Program-made: the position numbers and the translations under genes
Notes under the pieces: model-generated
What the model was told of the DNA's origin: nothing
The model's database searches: none
The model's input: the letters and a program-made list of their open reading frames with translations, nothing else
Virus record (IMG/VR): IMGVR_UViG_3300045988_144737
Direction: 5' to 3' (one strand)
Source: a virus
DNA length: 64,000 nucleotides
Part shown: positions 28,102 to 34,189 of the stretch, in pieces
How the letters are laid out: each line of letters starts with the position of its first letter
Numbering within the stretch: the stretch's first letter is position 1

Positions 28102-28180
28102 GCGTTATTATATAGATACTATATATATTTTATTATAGTTTTATTGATATCTTTTATATCAAACCTTGATTACGATACTA

Positions 28181-28208
28181 ATTATATCATATATTTAACT
28201 AATGTCAA
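28181..28208 (-). promoter_or_regulatory. strong extended -10 promoter TTGACA-16-(TGA)TATAAT driving the mazF-int leftward operon
   Basis: Minus-strand TTGACA (28203-28208) and TATAAT (28181-28186) with TG at -15/-14. Confidence 0.65.
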
Positions 28209-28959
28209 TATTTAATTTCAATTATTTATTTTTGAACGTTTAATATAGTATAAGCATAATACTACCAAACAAATTATTTAGATTTAATCAATATAATTCT
28301 ATTTTTAAAACAACACAACCATTAATACAATTTATTAATACTTTGCAACATTCCATTATCGACCATACGAGAGCAATAATGAATGATTATATATAGTTAT
28401 CATAAAACAATAAAACAACTCTACACAATGTCATATGGTTTATATACACCCATATATAGATTTGATGAATTATATTAACTTTGTAGACCATAAACACATT
28501 CTATTAAATCTATTAATTATAAACATAATAACAAATACAACTAGCTAATACTTACAACCATCTTATTTACAATCAACATTCCTTACGCCAAACACAAGCG
28601 AAGTCACCACATTGTATAGCAATGAAATGGTTACAAAAGCAATTATGAAACCCTTATATTAATAACTTTTAAGAACCAAAAGCGACGATAAATGTATCAA
28701 TTGTAAAATTGTTTGCTTTTAAAACCCACATTTTACATACCACGGTTTAAAACTTTGCGACATTATACATTGTACGCTTTACTCGAATTGCGACATTGCA
28801 AACTTTAAGCCCTTTATTTTTTGTAGAAAGGATAAACCCCCTGCTTTACTGGATTTCCGACATTTCGAATTTTCCTATTTATTCCCTATAACCCAACTAT
28901 ATCAAGAAAAAACAGATCCGTCAAGAGATTAACTAAGAAAATTTTTTAAAAAATAATTG

Positions 28960-28988
28960 TTGACTTATTTATTGAACACTAGTATAAT
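28960..28988 (+). promoter_or_regulatory. consensus sigma-A promoter TTGACT-17-TATAAT (first rightward early promoter)
   Basis: TTGACT 28960-28965 and TATAAT 28983-28988. Confidence 0.75.
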
Positions 28989-29014
28989 ATTAGATGAAAG
29001 GAGGCATAATAATA

Positions 29015-29383
29015 ATGAAACTAAAGGTAAAAGAATTAAACAACAATAATATTATTACATTAGATAACGTTAAAAGTGCAATTGCAATTAAGAAAAGTAA
29101 TGATATTCTTGTAACTACAAAAGACAACAAAATAAATACATTAAATAATTGCTCTATATGCAATAATGTATTAGTAGATATTTTAGAAAATGATTTAAGA
29201 AATAAAAATATTAATATCTACGATGATTTGACAAACGAGTTTCTTATCTATGGCAAAGGTGAAAAACTCTTTCAATTGTTAAACTTTAACTATATGACAT
29301 ACCACGAGGTAATAGCAATTGCGCAAAATAAAGATAGTTATGATATATTTGTAACTAATCTTAAAACAAAAGAAATTAAATAA
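29015..29383 (+). CDS. early protein, paralogue family A (122 aa)
   Basis: AAAGGAGG precedes the ATG at 29015; the tracked ATG at 28994 sits at the predicted TSS. The N-terminus MKLKVKELNN matches the paralogue at 32603. Confidence 0.7.
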   Translation: MKLKVKELNNNNIITLDNVKSAIAIKKSNDILVTTKDNKINTLNNCSICNNVLVDILENDLRNKNINIYDDLTNEFLIYGKGEKLFQLLNFNYMTYHEVIAIAQNKDSYDIFVTNLKTKEIK

Positions 29384-29402
29384 AAAAAAGAAAATATAAA
29401 TA

Positions 29403-29449
29403 ATTCTTTACATTATTAATAAAGTAGTATATAATTAATAGTGTAAAGA
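29403..29449 (+). promoter_or_regulatory. early promoter TTTACA-17-TATAAT bracketed by inverted repeat TTCTTTACA/TGTAAAGAA
   Basis: -35 at 29406-29411 and -10 at 29429-29434; IR arms at 29403-29411 and 29441-29449. Confidence 0.7.
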
Positions 29450-29474
29450 ATTACTAAGAAAGGAATGACATTAA

Positions 29475-29879
29475 ATGAAATTTGTTTATAGTGATGGCGG
29501 TAGAAATAGATATTTTAAAGCTAACAACGTTAATGATTGCGTAATTAGAGCTATATGCAATGCTACACAAAAAGATTATTTAGAAGTTTACAATGATTTG
29601 AAAAAATTAAATGGTGGTAAATCTTGCAGAAATGGAACACCGTTAAAAGTTGCTAAAAAATACATTAATAGTTTAAAGGGGTGGGAATGGGTTCCAACAA
29701 TGCTAGTCGGACAAGGTTGTAAAGTCCACTTAAAAAAAGATGAACTACCAAAAGGGATTCTTATTATTTCCTTAAGCAAGCATTATACTTGTGTAAAAAA
29801 TGGGGTAATATATGATACATATGATTGCTCGCGCAATGAAACGAGGTGTGTATATGGTTTTTGGATTAAGAAAAATTAA
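29475..29879 (+). CDS. hypothetical early protein (134 aa; possible Cys-His-Asp peptidase-like arrangement)
   Basis: SD AAGAAAGGAA upstream. NDCVIRAI ... KHYTCV ... YDTYD occur in papain-like order, but no family could be confirmed. Confidence 0.5.
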   Translation: MKFVYSDGGRNRYFKANNVNDCVIRAICNATQKDYLEVYNDLKKLNGGKSCRNGTPLKVAKKYINSLKGWEWVPTMLVGQGCKVHLKKDELPKGILIISLSKHYTCVKNGVIYDTYDCSRNETRCVYGFWIKKN

Positions 29880-30061
29880 GTTTGCTTATTATTTAAATAT
29901 TTTTAAAATTAGGTATATTAATAGGAATTGTATATAAATTATGATTAGTATTTTTAACACCTATAAACACCAATTTAAAGGTGGTGAAGATAATTGGGCG
30001 CGTTAATTGTATTACTTATTATTTGGATATTTTTAAAATTAGATAAATTAGTTTAAAATAA

Positions 30062-30108
30062 TTCTTTACATTATTAATAAAATAGTATATAATTAATAGT
30101 GTAAAGAA
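30062..30108 (+). promoter_or_regulatory. early promoter TTTACA-17-TATAAT bracketed by TTCTTTACA/TGTAAAGAA (near-identical copy of 29403-29449)
   Basis: -35 at 30065-30070 and -10 at 30088-30093; IR arms at 30062-30070 and 30100-30108. Confidence 0.7.
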
Positions 30109-30129
30109 TAATAAAAGGAGAAAAGAAAA

Positions 30130-30417
30130 ATGGAAAAATTAAATTATTATTTAAAACCACAATACGATAAAGCAAAGTCTTTTTACAACAAAGCCGAGGT
30201 TGTAGATTATGGAGAAGTTAAATATTTGTATTCTTATAATACTTTAGTATGTACTTTAAAAAATGGTAAACTTGAATTAAATTATAATATTGATGAACAT
30301 TTATTATTTAGTAGAACAACCCTAAGACATATTAAAGAGTTCTTAAACCAACATTTTAAAGATAGCGAACGCTTTAAGACAAAAAAAGAAATTATTGAAT
30401 TTGCAATAAATAAATAA
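30130..30417 (+). CDS. hypothetical early protein (95 aa)
   Basis: SD AAAAGGAG upstream; no family recognised. Confidence 0.6.
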   Translation: MEKLNYYLKPQYDKAKSFYNKAEVVDYGEVKYLYSYNTLVCTLKNGKLELNYNIDEHLLFSRTTLRHIKEFLNQHFKDSERFKTKKEIIEFAINK

Positions 30418-30442
30418 GGGCAAACCCCTAAGGAGCACGAAA

Positions 30443-30997
30443 ATGAACGCAAAAGAAAGCATATTAAAATTATACATAGAAAACAATTTAAGTGACGAAG
30501 ATTTATTAAATTTATTTAAGGCATATGATGGATATTCTGGTAATTATGAATTTTGTAATACATGGGATTTAGAAGAATTATGCTTTTGTTATAATGCTTA
30601 TGACGTAGCAAAAATGATTATTAACGGAAATGTAAATAGTGTCGATGATGATGTTAGGTTCGATGATGATGGAAATTTAGAAAGCATAGACAATTATGAT
30701 TTATACGATGAAATGTATGATTACTTAGGTAGTTTATGCGACGATTTATTGTCTAGTTGGTATAATATTGATAGTGAAATTGAATTTATAGATTATGATT
30801 TAAGAGCATTATTAGAGCATTTAGATTGTCGAGACGATGAATTATATATTAGATTAAATGATAACAACATTACAAAAGATGTTTTAATTAGTGATATCGA
30901 TTTCGATAAAATTGATGATGTTTGCGATGTAAATTTAATTTGTGAAGAAGTAGATAATGATAATTTTGTTTTTATTGAGTTAGCTTGTAACTTTTAA
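30443..30997 (+). CDS. highly acidic early protein (184 aa), candidate DNA mimic
   Basis: SD AAGGAG upstream; long D/E-rich runs (SVDDDVRFDDDGNLESIDNYDLYDEMYDY...). Confidence 0.6.
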   Translation: MNAKESILKLYIENNLSDEDLLNLFKAYDGYSGNYEFCNTWDLEELCFCYNAYDVAKMIINGNVNSVDDDVRFDDDGNLESIDNYDLYDEMYDYLGSLCDDLLSSWYNIDSEIEFIDYDLRALLEHLDCRDDELYIRLNDNNITKDVLISDIDFDKIDDVCDVNLICEEVDNDNFVFIELACNF

Positions 30998-31016
30998 ATT
31001 TTATTTAAAATAATTA

Positions 31017-31057
31017 TTGACACTATTAATGAATTGATATATAATTAGTAGTGTCAA
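31017..31057 (+). promoter_or_regulatory. early promoter TTGACA-17-TATAAT bracketed by inverted repeat TTGACACTA/TAGTGTCAA
   Basis: -35 at 31017-31022 and -10 at 31040-31045; IR arms at 31017-31025 and 31049-31057. Confidence 0.7.
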
Positions 31058-31270
31058 TAAAAATTATATTAAAGGGGTGAAAAATAATGAAACTCAAACT
31101 AATTAAAGGCTTATATAAATTACATATTATCGATTTAGAAAAAGCCATGGCACTAAGCAAATAAAGCATATTAAAAATAAATTAATAAAAGTATTGCAAT
31201 TATAATACATATATGATATATTAATAATGTGGAAAATATCCATAAAAAACATATGAAAGAGGTAAACAAA

Positions 31271-31732
31271 ATGGAAAAACAAAAAATCACAAAATTTGGC
31301 GATGATTATTATTTATTAGGGATCAACCAAAACAATGAAAAGGTATGGTTAGAAAAACCTAGTTGGGATTGCAATTGGTATTGGGGTTTGGGATATGTAG
31401 AAATCTTTAACCAAAATTATAGCGATATTGATACACATACGCACTTTAATTTATTGTTCTTTAACACAAACAAAATGAGCCGTGACGCTTTTAAAGAATA
31501 TTTTAAAGAAACAACTCTAAATAATAAAGAACTATGGACGTTGTTAGAATGTATGAAATCTTTATATACACTAAGCGAGTATAGTGAACTCTTGCATATA
31601 GGCGGAAGTAACTACACATCAAACCCTTGCAAAGAATTATTAAAAAATGAAAATGAATATGATAGAATTAATAATATTTTAATTCCTAACTTATGGGAAC
31701 AAGTAGAAAATATTTTAAAGGGGGATAAATAA
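31271..31732 (+). CDS. hypothetical early protein (153 aa from MEKQK)
   Basis: AAAGAGG 8 nt before the ATG at 31271; the tracked GTG start is less likely. Confidence 0.6.
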   Translation: MEKQKITKFGDDYYLLGINQNNEKVWLEKPSWDCNWYWGLGYVEIFNQNYSDIDTHTHFNLLFFNTNKMSRDAFKEYFKETTLNNKELWTLLECMKSLYTLSEYSELLHIGGSNYTSNPCKELLKNENEYDRINNILIPNLWEQVENILKGDK

Positions 31733-31734
31733 AA

Positions 31735-31974
31735 ATGACAAAAAAGGAAATTATCCAAAACACTAAACCTTTTGCTTATTATAGCGGTTACAGCGGTATA
31801 GAATTACATCATATTGAGTATGGGATTGATGACCATGTGTATTTTATAGCAGGCACACGGACTGCTAACAAGTCATATCACAAAAGTAAGGTTTACTTTA
31901 ACTTAAATGGTGATAGTTATATTAAATTTAATGGAAATAGAATTCCATTAGGTGAATGTATTATGATGAATTAA
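31735..31974 (+). CDS. hypothetical protein (79 aa)
   Basis: Starts 3 nt after the upstream stop; GGGGGATAAATAAAA precedes the ATG. Confidence 0.55.
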   Translation: MTKKEIIQNTKPFAYYSGYSGIELHHIEYGIDDHVYFIAGTRTANKSYHKSKVYFNLNGDSYIKFNGNRIPLGECIMMN

Positions 31975-31991
31975 AAAGGAGAAGGGTAAAA

Positions 31992-32186
31992 ATGGAAACA
32001 AGATTAAGAAAATTATTAAAAAAAGAACTACTAACAGAAAATGAAGTTAAGGAAGTTGAAGAACACGAAGAAGTATTAGAATGTATATATAACGGATATT
32101 TTGATAATAAATACGCTCCAAGTACGTCGTGGTTTAGCGTTAAAACAATCGACAATGGGGAGTTTGATATTTATTGCAAATATTAA
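31992..32186 (+). CDS. hypothetical protein (64 aa from METRL)
   Basis: AAAGGAGAAGGG precedes the ATG at 31992. Confidence 0.55.
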   Translation: METRLRKLLKKELLTENEVKEVEEHEEVLECIYNGYFDNKYAPSTSWFSVKTIDNGEFDIYCKY

Positions 32187-32278
32187 AAAATAATGCTTTA
32201 CTTTATAATATAATTATGGTAATATAATATACGTGAAAGGGTTATATTGATTAATTACATAATAAGGAGGTGAATTTT

Positions 32279-32365
32279 ATGGAATGGTTTATTATGTTGC
32301 CAATGATATTATTTATAGTATTTAGTCTAGCAATGTTATTAATAGATAAATTTAGCAAAAAGTAA
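32279..32365 (+). CDS. 28-aa hydrophobic peptide (MEWFIMLPMILFIVFSLAMLLIDKFSKK)
   Basis: Strong SD AAGGAGGTGA 6 nt before the ATG; single TM-like segment; below the ORF-track cutoff. Confidence 0.5.
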   Translation: MEWFIMLPMILFIVFSLAMLLIDKFSKK

Positions 32366-32400
32366 TAACTATACATAAAAAAATAATAACCCTTTTACAT

Positions 32401-32525
32401 TTTTCTTTGATTTAATTAGGTAGCTACGCATTAATATGCTTATGTACTTTTGTTTTCGATTACATTCTAAATATTCTATGTTTGGATTTTATAAAAATGT
32501 AGTTACCTAATTAAATTAAAGAAAG
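32401..32525. repeat. 27-bp imperfect inverted repeat (24/27) with about 71-nt loop
   Basis: Arm TTTTCTTTGATTTAATTAGGTAGCTAC (32401-32427) against GTAGTTACCTAATTAAATTAAAGAAAG (32499-32525). Confidence 0.7.
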
Positions 32526-32543
32526 ATATATTTAAAATAATTC

Positions 32544-32587
32544 TTTACTTTAATATATTAAACGCTTATAATAGTAGGTGTAAAAAA
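32544..32587 (+). promoter_or_regulatory. early promoter TTTACT-17-TATAAT with partial flanking inverted repeat
   Basis: -35 at 32544-32549 and -10 at 32567-32572. TTCTTTAC upstream pairs 7/8 with GTAAAAAA at 32580-32587. Confidence 0.65.
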
Positions 32588-32602
32588 CAAGGAGGATAAA
32601 AA

Positions 32603-32965
32603 ATGAAATTAAAATTTAAAGAATTATCTAGCAATACGATATTTACATTAGATAATATTAAAAGCGCAATCAAGGAAAGCGAAAATATTACCATAACAAC
32701 AAAGGACAATGAAACAAGTATTTTACTTGATTGTTCTATATGTAATAATGTATTAGTGGATATTTTAGAAAATGATTTAAGAAATAAAAATATCAATATC
32801 TATGATAATCTAACAAATGAGTTTCTTGTCTATGGTAAGGGTGAAAAACTTTTCCAATTATTAAACTTTAGTTATATGACATATCATGAAGTTATAGCAA
32901 TTACACAAAATAAAGATAGTTATGATATATTTATAACTAATCTTAAAACAAAAGATATTAAATAA
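32603..32965 (+). CDS. early protein, paralogue family A (120 aa)
   Basis: SD AAGGAGGA upstream. The C-terminal about 78 aa are near-identical to 29015-29383. Confidence 0.7.
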   Translation: MKLKFKELSSNTIFTLDNIKSAIKESENITITTKDNETSILLDCSICNNVLVDILENDLRNKNINIYDNLTNEFLVYGKGEKLFQLLNFSYMTYHEVIAITQNKDSYDIFITNLKTKDIK

Positions 32966-33069
32966 GGAATAAAAAATTTTACTTATGGATTAAAAAAATA
33001 CTTTACTTTATAATATTATTATGATATCCTTATATTGTAGAAAGGGATAGGAAATTAATTCCTATAAAG

Positions 33070-33354
33070 GTGAAAGAAATGTTTGTAAAAAATTGTGGTA
33101 ATGTTAAAATGGTTTTATTCTTAAATGATGGTTGTTGTGATATGTGTTTGATTGATGAATATAATACATATAACAAGTATAGTGATTTTTCAAGTGTGAT
33201 TGACACTTTCGAAACACAAATGATATTAATTTCTAGTGGTGATGATGTTAAAACATTCTTATTATATAAAGAAGAATATTATGAAATTGGTGAATTGATT
33301 GATATATTTGAAGAAGGATGTAAATATGTTTATGGCATGAAAGGTTGTGAATAA
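33070..33354 (+). CDS. hypothetical protein (94 aa; GTG, or ATG at 33079)
   Basis: ORF in the early string; no motif recognised. Confidence 0.5.
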   Translation: MKEMFVKNCGNVKMVLFLNDGCCDMCLIDEYNTYNKYSDFSSVIDTFETQMILISSGDDVKTFLLYKEEYYEIGELIDIFEEGCKYVYGMKGCE

Positions 33355-33550
33355 AATGAACTTAGGCGAATTATTAATGAAAGATTTTAAAGATGATGTT
33401 ACTATTTTTGATAAAAATAATAACATTATTGCAAGTGGTAATAACGATGATTTATTTGATATGCTAGGGTATTATTTCCTAGATTTAAAAGTTCTTAGAA
33501 ATGACGATGGTATGATTAATGTTGATATTAGTTTAGGAGGTAATGAATAA
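33347..33550 (+). CDS. early protein, tandem module family B (67 aa)
   Basis: Shares L.ELL....V..FDKNNNI.A.G....LF..L.YYFLDLKV......NVD..LGG.E with the next ORF. Confidence 0.6.
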   Translation: MNKMNLGELLMKDFKDDVTIFDKNNNIIASGNNDDLFDMLGYYFLDLKVLRNDDGMINVDISLGGNE

Positions 33551-33744
33551 TGACGTTAAAAGAATTATTACTTGAAAACTTAGATAGAGAAGTTGTTTTA
33601 TTCGACAAAAACGACAATATAGTTGCAAATGGTAGAGCAGGTAATTTATTTAATACATTGAGTTATTATTTCCTAGATTTAAAGGTTATTTTTAATGGTA
33701 AACTTTGGGTTAATGTTGATTTTAAATTGGGAGGTGATGAATAA
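33550..33744 (+). CDS. early protein, tandem module family B (64 aa)
   Basis: Paralogue of 33347-33550; stop and start overlap (ATAATG). Confidence 0.6.
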   Translation: MTLKELLLENLDREVVLFDKNDNIVANGRAGNLFNTLSYYFLDLKVIFNGKLWVNVDFKLGGDE

Positions 33745-34133
33745 TGGAATTATTAAAGGATTATTTAGAAAGTGAAGAGTTTAATAAAAAAATATTTATC
33801 CATGATAAAAATGAAAGGCTAGTTGTCTACGGGGATAAAGAATCATTAAAACACCAATGCAACCATAAGCTTCAAAGCGCAAGAGTAGCCAAAGTCTTAG
33901 ATTATGGAAATACCTTTTACATTTTTGTGGATTTTATGGCTCCATTAAAATTAGGAGATGTTTTACGGGATTACTACTATGATTTTGTGTATATCTATGA
34001 TTCTAATGGACAAGCAATAGTAAAAGCCAAAAGCTCAAGCATTTTAAAAATAATGGAAAAATCTTTATATAATAAAGAAGTCTTTGCCATCAAAGAATAT
34101 GTTGATGATATTTATATTGGAATCAATTTATAA
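33744..34133 (+). CDS. early protein with two family-B-like modules (129 aa)
   Basis: N-terminal half LLKDYLES...IFIHDKNERLVVYG and C-terminal half LGDVLRDY..YIYDSNGQAIV repeat the family B pattern more loosely. Confidence 0.55.
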   Translation: MELLKDYLESEEFNKKIFIHDKNERLVVYGDKESLKHQCNHKLQSARVAKVLDYGNTFYIFVDFMAPLKLGDVLRDYYYDFVYIYDSNGQAIVKAKSSSILKIMEKSLYNKEVFAIKEYVDDIYIGINL

Positions 34134-34154
34134 ATATAAATAAGTAAATAAAAT

Positions 34155-34182
34155 ATAACCCTATTTTAATAAGTAGGGTTAT
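34155..34182 (+). terminator. hairpin terminator closing the early operon
   Basis: 9-bp stem ATAACCCTA/TAGGGTTAT with a 10-nt loop and a weak T-tract (TTATAG). Confidence 0.5.
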
Positions 34183-34189
34183 TTATAGT

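Noticed and set aside
29399-32590. Repeated units of about 50 bp in the early region as a possible CRISPR-like array
   Set aside because: The spacing is 0.6-1.5 kb with protein-coding genes between copies. The units contain -35/-10 hexamers at canonical spacing, so they are promoters and not a repeat-spacer array.
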